Of a stretch of 64,000 nucleotides of DNA, positions 26,028 to 38,720 are shown piece after piece; within the stretch, counting starts at the first letter, position 1; every line of letters begins with the position of its first letter. A model generated the notes under the pieces. It saw only the letters and a list, made by a program, of their open reading frames with translations, did not search any database and was not told the DNA's origin. A program made the translations under genes and the position numbers. Origin of the DNA: Ramazzottius varieornatus (taxonomy: Eukaryota > Animalia > Tardigrada); assembly GCA_001949185.1 (NCBI GenBank), contig BDGG01000015.1:439036-503035 (forward strand), given 5' to 3'.

Positions 26028-26537
26028 CTGCAGGTCAGTACGGTATACAAGCCGGAAGATAGCCCTATATTATATCAAGCCTCCTCGGTGGTAGTCTATA
26101 TGTTCGACCAGATACACTTTTACTCGAACCTCGTATCATACGGGACTTAATTCCACGTAACAAGACCTTTTCCCGGTATTTGGGTTTCCTAACCACCCAA
26201 ATCGAAGAGGAAGCTGTCGCTGGCGCAACTGGCAGTCTTCCGCGCTGTATTGTCAAAGAACGAACTTGACGATGATTGTCCACCTCTCCCCAGCGATATA
26301 AACTGGAAGAAGAAGCCGGTCGGCGAGAATTTCGTGTCGGACAACCACAGGCCCGTTCATCCCCTGAACCGACCATCCGTGATCCGCCATGGAAAGGCTG
26401 AACAGGCAATATCCAACCGTGGACTTGTTGTGCACCAGTTATCACAGTCCTGTCTATATCTGGCCTTCTATTACTTTGCCGCAGGAATTTTTCGACATGA
26501 CTTTCCGGGCAGAAAGTGTAACTGGAGCCAGGCCTGA
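26028..26537 (+). pseudogene. Carbonic anhydrase pseudogene fragment, paralogue of 9378-12265
   Basis: Frameshifted pieces QVSTVYKP..FDQIHF, DLIPRNKTFSRYLGFLTT, QLAVFRAVLSKNEL and VSDNHRPVHPLN match the intact gene; active-site segments are deleted. Confidence 0.85.
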
Positions 26538-26807
26538 TTTGTGCATGTGCCCAGAAAGGGGTGGCTTCGTTGGCTCGTTTCGAGGGACGGTTCCTTTGGT
26601 TTGCGCCTTTGCGGCCATCGACAACATGTGCAAGCAACTGCAACAGACTTAATCACATCTTGATCGTGATCAAACTAAGATCAGGCTTTTAGATTAAAAT
26701 TTATTGTGGTTTAATTCGATGCTGGAACGAGAACGTCGTAGGAGTAACGGTTTACGTGAGGTACGTTGTTGGGTGTTTTGAGAGCGGCGAATTAACTGTA
26801 TACAGTT

Positions 26808-28559
26808 ATGGAACTTCGGCGATCGTTCGGCGGGCTGTCTGCGTCCTCATCAGTGTTTACTGTTCGACAGTGCTGCTTTGTTTGCTTCGTGTTGTGTTGC
26901 TGGTTATCCATCCCTGAAGCCTCCGCTGGCATTGTTAACAACATCAGAGACAGGATACGTGGAAACAGTGCCGATCGCGGAGATGGCCAGACCGTCAGAC
27001 ACGGTCAGCTAACTCCACTAATCGTCAGTAAGCATGTGACAAGATTTCCTTCAGCATGTCTGAAGAGTGGATACAGCAGTAAAATCTAACGTTTGCCCGT
27101 CGATCAGTTCCAGGAGATGGTGGTAGCCAGCTGGAAGCCTGGCTAAACAAGCCCGGAGTGGTAAATTCTTTGTGCCCCAGCAAGACTAATGGCTGGAGCC
27201 GAGTGTGGGTGGACTTTGCTATCCTTGTGCCGACACTTACTGACTGCTGGATTGACAACTTGAGGTACGAGTTACAGACATTATAGCCTATACAGTTTCG
27301 GATGCAGTGGTCCACACATTCGTAAGGTGTGCGAGAAAAATGCGTTTGTGTAACAGGCTTTACTACAACGATGCGACCAGGAAGTCTGAAAATGCACCGG
27401 GAGTGCAAATCCGAGTGCCCGGCTTCGGCGATACTGACACCATCGAGTACCTGACCAAAGTAAAACTTCCTCAATGTATGGTATTAAGGCGACAACTCTA
27501 ACAAGTTGTTTTTTTCTCGGCCACGCATTGGTTGGCTGAATGAAATGATTTGTAGCCAGGTACGAAATGAGTTGTAGCCAGGTGGATATGGTTAGCCTTC
27601 TGGTGTCACATGGATATCGCAGGGGTTTCTCCATTCGAGCTGCACCGTAGGACTTTCGCAAAGCCCAAAGTAAGTTCTGAAACGAATTCTGTAGAAACGG
27701 CAAAAGCTTGGACACACTGGTATCATTAACCGACTTTTTGTTCCAGACGAAGAAGCAGGGTATTTCAATGAGCTGAAAGTCTTGGTGGAAGAGACTTATG
27801 CCATGAACCACCAATCGAAGGTGACGTTTATAGCGCATCGCTGGGCAACATGTACCTGCTGTACTTCCTCAATCATCAAAGCCAAGACTGGAAGGACAAG
27901 CACGTGTCAAGTTTCATCGGAATGGGTGGTCCATGAGCGGGAGCGGTCAAAGCGCTGAAGGTGGTGGCCACCGGGGATGATATGGATATACCGGTAGTTA
28001 GTGGCAGTAGCATGCGAGAAGTCCTCCGAACGACGCCCTCGGTGAGTCGGTCATATTAGCATCGGTGTTAACGCAGAAGTTAACCGAACAGTACTTTTGC
28101 TTATAGAGTGTCGCCCTCTTCCCCACCGATAAAGTCTGGTCGCGGAACGCGACACTGGTGGCGACTGGTAGTAAAAACTACAACCTGGATAATCTACAAG
28201 AATTTTTCACCGATATTGGACACCCCGAAGGATGGGACATTTATCAGGACACGAAAGGCTTGACGTATGACCTGACAGCGCCCAATGTCAAAGTCTACTG
28301 TATTTCGGGGACCGGCGTTCCCACCCCTGCAATGTAGTTCTATGGTGAGGCTGCGTTTCCACATCTGAAGCCACTGATAGTTTCCGAAGATGGTGACGGC
28401 ACGGTGAACCGCAAAAGCCTGGACGCCTGTGGCCTCTGGAGTTCACACCAATCGCAGCCGGTGGAAAGCCAGACTTTCCACGGAGCGGGTCATTTGAAGA
28501 TGGTCCGGAAGAAGGCAGTTCTGGACTACATTGTCAGCATACTCTTTCCAGCATCGTGA
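26808..28559 (+). pseudogene. LCAT / lysosomal phospholipase A2 (PLA2G15-like) unprocessed pseudogene
   Basis: VPGDGGSQLEA, DCWIDN, PGVQIRVPGFGDT, AAP*DFR, AH(S)LGN, DGDGTVN; introns retained; stops at 27648, 27934 and 28335; 1-nt deletion in the catalytic Ser codon (~27839). Confidence 0.9.
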
Positions 28560-29156
28560 TGATCGATAAAGCTCATTTTTCTGACTACAAACCGTCGATA
28601 AAGGGCGTGACAAATAAACTGGAGCTTAGTTATCTGACGACCAATGCCGACGTTCCTCTAGCCCACAGGCAAATTTCATTGGCCACTGCCATCTGGCTCC
28701 ATCCAACACCCATTTTCGACGGTTAATTTTTGCGTACACTGCAGCTGTAAGTTTGTTCCACTGGCTAAAGCTGTGGACACTACCTCGGACATACGTCACA
28801 AGCCTCAAGTGTCTACGAGTAGCTTGTAACAAGTTTCGGCCAGTGGGCAAAGCTAGGACCAGCTTCTCGCATTTATTGACTTGTCGCACCTTCTTTCATG
28901 CTTTGCTTTGCTTGTTGATGATCCCTGTCGTATCTGATGAATGATTTGGTATCGTACTGTACCGGATCAATTTGCCGCCTGCAAATCGTGAAGTGCATTG
29001 CCTAGATAACCCAAGGAGGAACGAGTACTGACATATCAGTAATGAAGAAACGCAGGTGGCGTAGCTTAGCCCTTCAAAGTTATTTCAGTAAGTATCCATG
29101 TCTCCGCATCGTGATCGACCGAGCTCTTGGGCGTGGCCGGACGTTCCCTGACTGGA

Positions 29157-30372
29157 TTACTCTTTCAGTCCACGAGAGTACTCTGCGGATTTTATGGCTA
29201 TTTCGACAGCTGCCAGCATGCCCTTAGCGGTAGAGTTGGTAGAGTTGGGACTGGCCCTGAGATTGGCAGAGGGGCTGACGTCGGGATGGACTTTGTTGAC
29301 CCTGGCCGGAGACCGGCTTCTTCGAGCCTGTGGAAATGAACAGGCTTTTCGCAGTACAAAGAGCACGCCTTGTTGAAAGAGCTCGCTGCTTGGTAGATAG
29401 AACATCTATCGATCAACCAGTCCCTGCAGAGAAAAATTGTGAGGATACACAGTGACTTGACCTTACCGAGTTCAGAGTACAGTGTCCGATGGCCATCGCT
29501 CCAAGAGCCAGCTGCGTCGTTCAGCCGGACATCAGAAGTTGCGGAAAGAATATAGCGATGAAGGTAAACGGGTAAATGCTCAAGCAATGCCAGACAAACG
29601 ATGAAGTCAATGCCACGTGAATTTCCAGCCGTCTTCGCAATTTATCGACACGCGGTTTGCTAACCACCTGTTTGCGCTTTTCCACCCGCAACAGGCCTAT
29701 TGCTTTGATCAACAAACTGATGTAAGGCACTCCGGTGACCGCCGTCGGGATATGCGTCACCACAAGAGCAAACACGAGTGACCGGACAGTGGACGAGGTC
29801 ACCGTGGACAAGAGGCAACCACCTGTCTGCGCCGATTGTACCGTGTGCAGTTGGTGGCTGGCCATTGGAAAAGCTACCGATCCCAGCGCCATGACCCAAG
29901 GGGTGATCAACATGGCAACGATGACTTTTCTGTCGCTGACGTCTTTGTGTTCGTGAGGGAACATCGTGGCGCTAAGACGTTGTGAGGCGATCATGCAGGC
30001 GGCGTACGTGCTAGCGGGATGGGCGGTGTGGACCACAAGGGTAAATAGTATGGAGCAGAACCATGGTGGGTAGCGGTAGCTCATACCAAAGAATCGGACT
30101 AGCGATGCCATGGGACCGACGACGAGGGAGAAGAGGACGTCGATGGCCGCACATTGGGCCAGTAAGGGACCGCTGGTAGATTTGCGGAGGGGTGGATAAA
30201 GAACGATGGCGAGAAGGATGGGAATGTTTATGGGCAGGCCGACAAAGTTGGTGGTCAGCACAGCGGCCACGTAACCCACGAGGTCGTGGCTGGCTGGACT
30301 ACTAGGGAAGCTCGTATTTTTCTGGTACAGCCACGAACTACTCAGTGAGATATTAAATGAGAAATTTGACAT
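29157..30372 (-). pseudogene. Orphan class A-like GPCR with a single premature TGA
   Basis: Exon 30372-29467 plus exon 29405-29157 give 7 TM segments (IASQR for DRY, CLSIYP in TM6, LNS/MFY for NPxxY); TGA at 29521-29523 before TM7. Confidence 0.8.
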
Positions 30373-31798
30373 TGTTTCAGCTCGGATGGAGACAGCCGAT
30401 TTAAAATATTTCTAACGCATTCGAGCTTCAGACGATCAGGCAAGAACAGAAGGTTCTACGGGACCGCCTTGTACAGTGACAAGTCAGGCAGCTTCCGTCA
30501 TGATCTTCACCTCCGGCTATTCTAGTACTTTTGCTGTATTGGCGGTGGGTGGGTTTTCGGATCAAGAAATCCAGCTAAGCCCTGACTAATTTAGAGCTGG
30601 TCCGGGTTTACGTGGTTGTAGGCGGATTTGAATTATCCAAGCTTCTGGCAAGGAGCTCTTCATATCTTCATACCTTCATAAATACCTGGAAAATCAGGGA
30701 ACAGGCCTAGCTAGCTTAATTTGATCCATATGCGTGCTTATGTGACCTGTAATTTGCTTTTCGGCTGCATCAAAAAGCTTCTTCAGAATGCCATTGCAGC
30801 TGTGTCGTGGTGAAACAAACACGGTCTCGCAATGTACGTTTTTGCGAAAAACAAACAGTTTGAGTATGAATACCTTTAGAACCAACTTAGTCAACTGCGG
30901 TTTTGATCGTTATTTCTGACGCTAAGACATGTTTTCAAGATTAGCGGCCCGATCGTACAGAATGATCCCTATAAGACGGATTTTGATCTTGAATAAAAAA
31001 ATGACGAATGCCCTTACCTCTTCAGAAATTCGTCCCAGACCCGCCTAACTATCAAAAGCGTCATGTAAAAATATTCTGGAGGTGGCGTGCTCCAAAAAGA
31101 GCACGGCGCTGAAGAGCTGAACCAGACGGAAATCAAGGATCGAATCTTCGCGAAACCAACATGCAGTGCACTTCAGGGGAGTTTGTTCGTGAGCGGAAAA
31201 TTTTAGAATAATTTCGTTAATGCAATTTTGCTGGAAACTCCTTCTACAGTAAGCTGGATCTGTGAGCGGTAGTATCGATGCTACCGCTGTCACAGGGGGT
31301 AAGCAAAATTTTTAGAGTATCGTTTAAACTATCGCTGGTTTTTCCGTCCGCAACTTGTAAGAGCCGTCCGTTTGTTTTTTTAATAATCAGTCCCAGCGTA
31401 CTGCTTTCATGAAACAATTTTACCAGGAAACGTGGTAGGTTAATTTGCCCCTTTAAATATAAATAATTTAACCGAGGTTCCCACTTTTTACCCATAAAAT
31501 GCATGAATATTCATAGCTGACAACAATCAACCGATCATTGTTTTGCTGAAGAGACACTCACAGAAATTAAAGATGAAGACCTGCTCTATCGAATGAGCTG
31601 AAGTTTGATAATTCACTGGTAGATGCCATTTTACCACAAATTTTCCGAAATCTACCCAACTTTTAGGGATCACCCTGTATACCGGCCACGAGGGGCATGT
31701 ATTGAGTTTGCAAGTCTAGCACCTCGGTGACGCAGACCAGCCATTGTACGTACTGAACAGAGCCAAGCTACACATTTGTGTCTCTACGTGACGGAAGT

Positions 31799-32119
31799 AT
31801 GGTCTCCACTTCGTGCACACGGACCACGATCATGGTTGCCAGTGTCGAAGTCATCTTCGCCATCGCGTTAGCAGGCGCCTCTGTTTCGTACATTTGTGCG
31901 AGAGCTGCCAAGATGGCAAGAACCCAGCTAAAGCCACCCGCGGATCTTTCGGTTTTTAAGCCGCACAAACTGTCGCCTGCTGGAAGCCCGCCTGTGGCGA
32001 ACACTTCCGAATCCCATCCATCTAATCTTCCACAAGCGGAAATTTCTTGGACCAAGATCCAGATGACGATTGTCACAGAGGAGACAGCGGAAGCTGTTGG
32101 ACGCGTAGTCTCGCACTAG
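31799..32119 (+). CDS. Possible small single-pass membrane protein
   Basis: Hydrophobic segment VEVIFAIALAGASVSYIC followed by a basic and Pro/Ser-rich tail; no recognisable family. Confidence 0.35.
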   Translation: MVSTSCTRTTIMVASVEVIFAIALAGASVSYICARAAKMARTQLKPPADLSVFKPHKLSPAGSPPVANTSESHPSNLPQAEISWTKIQMTIVTEETAEAVGRVVSH

Positions 32120-34054
32120 CACGTTCTGTCATCTTTCAGTTGATGCAGTACGTCGAAAAACCGGTTTTGAGCTGCGCAAAAAACTTACCGGCGCTACTGT
32201 GCATGAAACATGCTGCCTTCTCAGAGTAATCTTGGTAAAAAAAGTCCTAACACCGTATGTAGGAAATTCACCGCCGAGTTTAGCGGTACCCATGTACGAT
32301 AGGCTTGTCGAGTATGAGACAGCATCAAGGTATTTACCCATATTCTGTCCGCGGATAAATAATGATTAAGGACGGATAAGCACCATCAGAGCGTATCATT
32401 GATTGATTAATCATGCGCAATGCAGCCGATCAACTGTACATGTTTGATGGTTTCGACCAACCAGTCAATCAACGGTACAGTGGCGTGCATCTTATCCGTT
32501 CTGTCCATCGTTTATCGGCGGAAAGGAAATGAAAGGAAACATTTCTCCTATCTTATCCGTAACAAGCCTGATGTACTGGTCCGTCTGACATTACCAGCAT
32601 TGGTTGGCGCTGTGTCTGGATACAAAACGACAATAAAGTTGATTGTTGGTTTGCACTTCCGACGCCTGCGGGCAAAAAGAAACTTACAAACACAGCAGGC
32701 TAAACTTCGACACAAGTCTTTAGGTTTCGCCGATATTTCTCAACAAATTCTTGACCTGAACCGTTGTCTACTTATAGAATAGTAACGACAAACTTCGTGA
32801 CTTTTCATCGAACGCGGACAAGTAGCGCTCTCGACTTCGTTGTTAATCTCGCACTGTGACCATGATGGAACAGTGGAAGAAGAGGTTTGCGCGGAGAATA
32901 GCTCCTCCTGGATGGCGTAGGAAAGAGGACTGTGAAGAGTTCATTCCTTCCTTTCCAGCTGTCGTCATCGTTCCCGACATGGGCAGCCAAGTCGATCGAC
33001 CTGTTGCGGCGCCCCGCCGAGTTCTTCCTCCTTCAAACCTATACCCGCTCGACTTTCCTCGACCCTACTCCTCTCCCGATAGCAGCAATCCACAATCACC
33101 AACAACAGAACTTCCCTTTCAAAACCTCACCAATGTTCCGGTTGATAAACTGATCGATCTGAATTTCGATGAGCCATTTCCTGCTTCTGATTTTCACTCC
33201 GCCGCGGTTACCCAAAACACTTCGTTAAATTTGTTCCCTACTGGCATTGTTATTGAGAACTTGCTGCTGAAACTGCCACTGCCCATTCAAGGCTATGTAC
33301 TTTCACTACTTCCGCTGCAAGACATAGTAAGCCTCAGCCGCACCAGTAAAGATCATTTAGCTTAGCCACCCAGTATATCGGCAAAAGAAAGTCTGCGACT
33401 TCTGCCATTATGCAGCTGTTTTGGCGCAAAGACTTTATCCGCTTCATGAATCAAGCGATAACTGGCGGTACAACAGGAAGTGCGCTGACTCGGCTCCACG
33501 TTTTCGGCCCAATACTTGACCAGTTGTATATTCCACCGGCCTTTCTTATCGTTTGCTACACTCCGGATGTCTTTGAGTACGAAATCCGCATTCAGGTACG
33601 AAACCAGTTCAACATTACCAACTTTGCGAATTTTTTATGATTGATCTTATTGTCCCTTTCAGGGTAAACGCCTCAAGTCGACTTTCGAAAACATGGCCAG
33701 TCACAAAGCTTTTACAGCAGGCGCGACTTCTCCCCAGTCCGAAGAGTTCGAGATCCTCAAAGAAAAACCAGGCGAAGTTCTTGAAAAGATAATGAAAACA
33801 GTCTCACGCGGAGGCGCTTGCTCAGCTGAGACTTCAGAGAAATTATCTCCATTGATATGGCATATGCGACTGTTCGCAGTCGTCAAGCCCGTCGATCCCC
33901 CGCGGGGAGCCGAGTCCAGCAGCTGCAGGTACCTGTGGGGTAGCGAAGACAAGACAGTGCTGTGTTTAGCGGCCACGTCAGGATTAAGGATCGCCAAGCA
34001 GTCGCTCGAATACAGCGAGCTGATGGACTACCCCATGCTGGAACGATACTACAC

Positions 34055-34168
34055 CAACCACAACATGTTGACACCCACCGTCGAAGTACTGTCCATAAGA
34101 CACCGCCCCGGTTCAACCACAACATGTTGACACCCACCATCGAAGTACTGTCCATAAGACACCGCCCC
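34055..34168. repeat. 55-bp tandem duplication (period 59) that frameshifts the F-box pseudogene
   Basis: CAACCACAACATGTTGACACCCACCRTCGAAGTACTGTCCATAAGACACCGCCCC x2. Confidence 0.95.
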
Positions 34169-34255
34169 AGCTGTTGAAGAAATGCCGGCCAGGTTCGAAC
34201 CAATCAGCTACGACTTCCCCACTGTCGTCTGTGATACGTCGCCCTTCGAAGGATA

Positions 34256-35971
34256 CAGTTTTACCTCCGAGATGTGTCAATTGCTTTAATTTGACCGTGA
34301 TATGCGAATCACAGTGTGGGTGACCAAACACATGGCAGGCCACTAAAAGAACTGAATAAATGCAAGCGATTACTTGAATCGTGGTAAGCGTGCATCCAGC
34401 ACCTGTTACGCGTTTGCATACTGTTTATTTGATCGCTGCATATATTCTTTAACATTACTGGAATCTTCCTAATATCGTACCTGGGTTCAACGATGGCTAC
34501 CAAGATGGAGGTTAACACTGATGGGCGAGTGCGGAAACGGTTGACACTGAAGGAAAAGAAGGAAATTCTGCGATTGTATCCGAAACAGGTAAGCCTAACC
34601 CTCGACGCAGACTGAATCACTGCACTCTTCCTTTGCCGTACTTATTGTCTCGGTCTGAACTTCCTAATATGTTTCAGATCTGTATGAACGAGGTGATGAG
34701 GCTGTTTGATATCAAATCCAGAACTACAGTCGTGAGGCTGGAAAAAAAGCGAGAGTTCTTTTTGTCAGTTCAAGAGAATGACAAAATTTCGAAGAAAATT
34801 CATCGAAAGCGAAAGTTCGAAGAAGTGGAAGAGATTCTTTTGGACTTTGTGGAGGAGAACAACAAGCGTGACATGCCAATCTCGAGAAACGATCTGAAAC
34901 AGGAAGCCTTGAACATCGCAAGACGACTCCAGATCGAGGGATTCACTGGAAGCAACGGATGGATTCAAAAGTTTATGAAGCGAAATGATCTCGGTTCTAT
35001 TTCTTTGCATGGTAATCTAAATTATTGCAGGTCGCTTTGTTCTGCTTACTTTTAAGTGTGTATGATTCTAAGTTGTAGGTGAAGAAGCTGCTGCTAGCCA
35101 AGAGGTTGCCGATAACTGGATAGCTAACGACGTTCCCAATATCACTCAGCCCTACCGCAACGAAAACAGTTTCAACTGTGATGAAACGGGAACCCAGTAT
35201 CGAGCTCTGCCAAAGAAAACTCTTGCACGAAAAGGACAAGAAAAATGTGGAAAAGTCAATAAGGAAAGATTGTCGGTTCTATTTTGCTGTAGCGCCGCCG
35301 GATAGAAGTTACCACGTCTTGTGATCGGAAATTCGAAAAAGCCACAAATTTCACGAAAGTCAAGTTGGATATCCAGAAAGCTGGCTCCAGCTGGTACTCG
35401 AATTCAACCACTTGGATGAAGACAAATATTTTCGAGGAATGGCTAACTAATTTGAATAACAGCATGAAGGCTCAAAAACGGAAAATCGCTCTGCTGCTCG
35501 ACAACTTCTCAGCGCATCGTGTTGGCGAAAAGTCCAATGTCAAAGTAGTCTTCCTTCCGCGTAACCTGACGAGCAAGGTCCAACCTCTGGACAAGGGAAT
35601 CATAGCGTCTTACAAGTACGAGCAAAGATACAAAGCTGAACATCGCCGAACGAATCTGTATAGCTTCAGTAACGGCTCTGAATACACTAAGTCTATCAAT
35701 ATTCTCGATGCGGTCAAATGGGTTGTTCGAGGATAGGCTCAGGTGAAGGAAAGTACTATTCGAAACTGTTTTAGAGCCACTGGTTTGTATCATATGGCTG
35801 AAAGAAGTTAAGTCGATCGTTCACGTTTCTGACTGATCTGATATTGCATGGCAGCCTTGTGCTGAATGGCTTGCCATATTTCGTTTGTTTTGGTCCACCG
35901 TGTAAAAAACAGATGGGTCATCGCAAAACAAAATCAAGCGTTTGAATTGACACATCTGGGAGGTAGAACTG
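34256..35971 (+). mobile_element. pogo/Tigger DNA transposon, full length, defective
   Basis: 27-bp TIRs CAGTTYTACCTCCSAGATGTGTCAATT (2 mismatches); TA TSD at 34254-55 and 35972-73. Confidence 0.93.
34493..35811 (+). pseudogene. Tigger/CENP-B-like DD29D transposase with two introns
   Basis: RKRLTLKEK (psq-type HTH), SNGWIQKF, LH/GE, FNCDETG, KERLSV, WM...F.EWL, LLLDNFSAH, VQPLDKGII; introns 34589-34677 and 35012-35078; stops and frameshifts in exon 3. Confidence 0.9.
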
Positions 35972-36880
35972 TACCCGGAATATTTGTGCATCGGCTGAGA
36001 TGCCCTGTTTGTGTAACAGGTGCTACTGCTATGGAACGATACCACGCAAGTAAGGGATGACAAGCTGGGACACCTGGCTGCGCATTGTGGTAGACTGGTC
36101 AATCCCTTCCCGAGGCCAGAAGACTTTCCTATGAGGGCCGACTCGAGGCAGGCTAATGTCGGGTTGGACAAAGTGTACTGGCCCACGAATCGGATACATG
36201 GATCGAGTTCCGTGGGCCAAAACTATATCATCTTCTACCTGACGGAAATGTGGCCTGGTGGAACGAGTGCGGTGATACCGGCAGCCGACGTGGCGCAGCG
36301 TAGGACCTTGTTTCCTGCTGCGCCCATTTTAGGAGGTCGAGGGAAATGTTTCATGGCCAACCAGAATATCTTGCTTAATGCCCAAAGTACGCAGCATTCC
36401 AGCGCCTTACAAATGAGACCGACCACCACCGTCGTGACTGTCTTGTGCTTTCGATATTCTGACCATACACAGCTATGGACAGCTATGGACAATCGTAGAA
36501 AAAATGCTTTAATACGTTCCTGCACTTTATTCATAATTGAAGAAAGTCATTTCGGCCTGGGTGATTTGGTCAATGGCCAAAAATGTTCAGGAATCGATTT
36601 TTCATCTGGGACAGTTAGGGGCGAGTTGAAACGGCTGATGCAGCCTTCTGTAGCACTCATCGGAGTATCTGATGGTGCAAAGCTCATAGGCGGCCGATGA
36701 ACATTAAGCGAGATATCACTTCGGCAGATAAGCGGTTCTTTGCCTTTATGTTGAGAACCGTCACATCGTGGTGGAAAGCTCATACAGCACAAAGTCGACA
36801 ACAGTGATTCATACGGGCGTACAAGACGAAGAGTATAGATGGCCGAGACCAAGATGGGGAGCCTGCCGACGATCTCGGAA

Positions 36881-36951
36881 AAATCGTTATCTTGTGTGGC
36901 GCAGTTTTCATTCCTGATGGCGGGTAATGTGCGCCACATGGACAACGATCG
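36881..36951. repeat. 73-bp dyad element, monomer (28-bp spacer), intergenic
   Basis: AAATCGTT-N7-GTGGCGC-N28-GCGCCAC-N6-AACGATCG. Confidence 0.8.
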
Positions 36952-38280
36952 TTCCGAAATTGTTTCCCGGGTACCCCGATAAGCGGGTATTACGGCAACG
37001 TTATAATAACCGTATGGGACAAAGCACAGTCAGTGTGAAGCTAATGATGAACGGATAATCCTCCCGTGCGGATAATGGATCCGGATACGGTGGCGAACCC
37101 TGAAACAAAAACAAAACACCAGTCTCAGACGAGGGTAAACGACGTATCCGATTCTCTAACTTTATTGCCTTCCCGTTTTGCCTAAATGTCCAGCGAGGAC
37201 TTAATAAGATACCTTGAAGTCTCGTATGGGTTTTACAACAGTTCTGGAAGAATCGGATTCAAAAAACTCTCCGAGCACGTTGTTGTCCATCTTCAGTTTC
37301 TGTCTTCCGTAGGAGTGGATTACGAGCAAAAAAATCTTCAGAGCGGAGAAGAATTACTCAACCTCCCAGGGCATGTTGCTTACCTGCTTTGCTCTAAAAC
37401 ATGGAGCATATCTTCTTGCCCGTGTGAGATGCGTTGACGCCTCGATTAAATTCATAGTGTTTAATGGCCCAGAATTTGGGTTCTCCGCGACTCAGACAAA
37501 ACTATTCCTGCCTTTCTGCCGAGCTGAATAACTCAGAACAGTAACGATTGCCAGGAAGGAGATGGCAAAGTGACAGAAAAAAGACTTCAGAACAGAATAA
37601 CAAGGGGGAGCGTAACTATGATTTTCTGAAGTTGACGTGTTCCCACGGGTAACAAGTCATGCTTCCGCACCTGATAATAAGAACGTAAAGTCGAAGGAAG
37701 ATAAATTCGAAGCGATGCTGGCATTTATACCTGTGACGGCGAACTCTGCTCCATCAACCGCGTGCAACCTGTCCAGCGCGTGGCAAGGTGGGAACTTTCT
37801 GCATGGCCAGCATCACATCGCGCTGGTGAACCTGGAGAGCGTTGATTCTGCCACGTAAAACGCGGACGGTGACGGCAAAGGCACACACCATCAAGACCAA
37901 AGCTGCGACGAGAGCTCCAGCAGCGATTTTTCACTTGAAATGGTCGTCCATCAATGACACCCCGTAGACACGTTAGAGGTCTAACGGCCGAAAATCAGCA
38001 GTAAGGGTCCACCGTGATGAATGAAGGGATATTTTCCACCACCACCTAAATATTCCAGTCTTATCTCCACTGCCAACAATGACATGGAATCATCATATCC
38101 AGTTTTACGGAGAATCGATGGCTAATTACAATTGTAGTTCCGTCTTCAACTAGGTCAGACACTACGCCGTCACTGCCACTTTCGCACTCCTGTTCCTCTG
38201 ACTTCACGCAGATATTAATAGTACACACTTGACCGCAGCAAGAACTCTGCAACAAAAATTCTTCCCAAAAATTCACTACT

Positions 38281-38418
38281 GTACACGCGCCTGGCCTAAC
38301 TGTTGGCATGGACGAAAGAGTTGGCCGAAAGCGGTAATGGCCACCTTAATTTGATGTACGCTTTCGACCGGCTGCCAGCTGTTTTTTCCATGGCATCAGT
38401 TAGGCCAGGCGCGTGCAC
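38281..38418. mobile_element. Short MITE
   Basis: 22-bp TIR GTACACGCGCCTGGCCTAACTG / CAGTTAGGCCAGGCGCGTGCAC (1 mismatch). Confidence 0.75.
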
Positions 38419-38720
38419 ACCCTTGCATAGGGGAAACTCTTTCCTTGTACAGGGGCAGGTGATCAGCTAAAGGGTGACCACTGGTCAATCGTCACTTGTG
38501 GGTGCGCAGAGGTGCGCGTTGGTTATCGAATGCCCCTCAGTAAAACCAGCAACTTGATGTTGTTAGATGCGTTCTTGGGCCCATAGGAGAAAATCACCCA
38601 ATTCCAAATGATTCTTTTCAATTGGCATTTTGTTGCCTAACTTTGGTAAACCTTGCGGCAGATGTGCCATTGATACTGTGCTGCTGTACGCGATCCAGAA
38701 AAGCGTTTTTTTACCGTAAG

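Larger units (their letters stand above)
32862..36700 (+). pseudogene. F-box-like protein pseudogene interrupted by a pogo element
   Basis: F-box-like LLKLPLPIQGYVLSLLPLQDIVSLSRTSK; frameshift near 33350; intron ~33596-33663; the frame continues across the TA target site (..PFEGY|PEYLCIG..) into ORF 36020-36700. Confidence 0.7.

Noticed and set aside
34113-36060. Two similar ORFs (LTHLGGKTV / LTHLGGRTV) on opposite strands
   Set aside because: They are translations of the pogo TIRs, not genes.
37670-37740. Ig-like DAGIYTC motif
   Set aside because: Surrounded by stops, with no rest of an Ig domain; may be chance.
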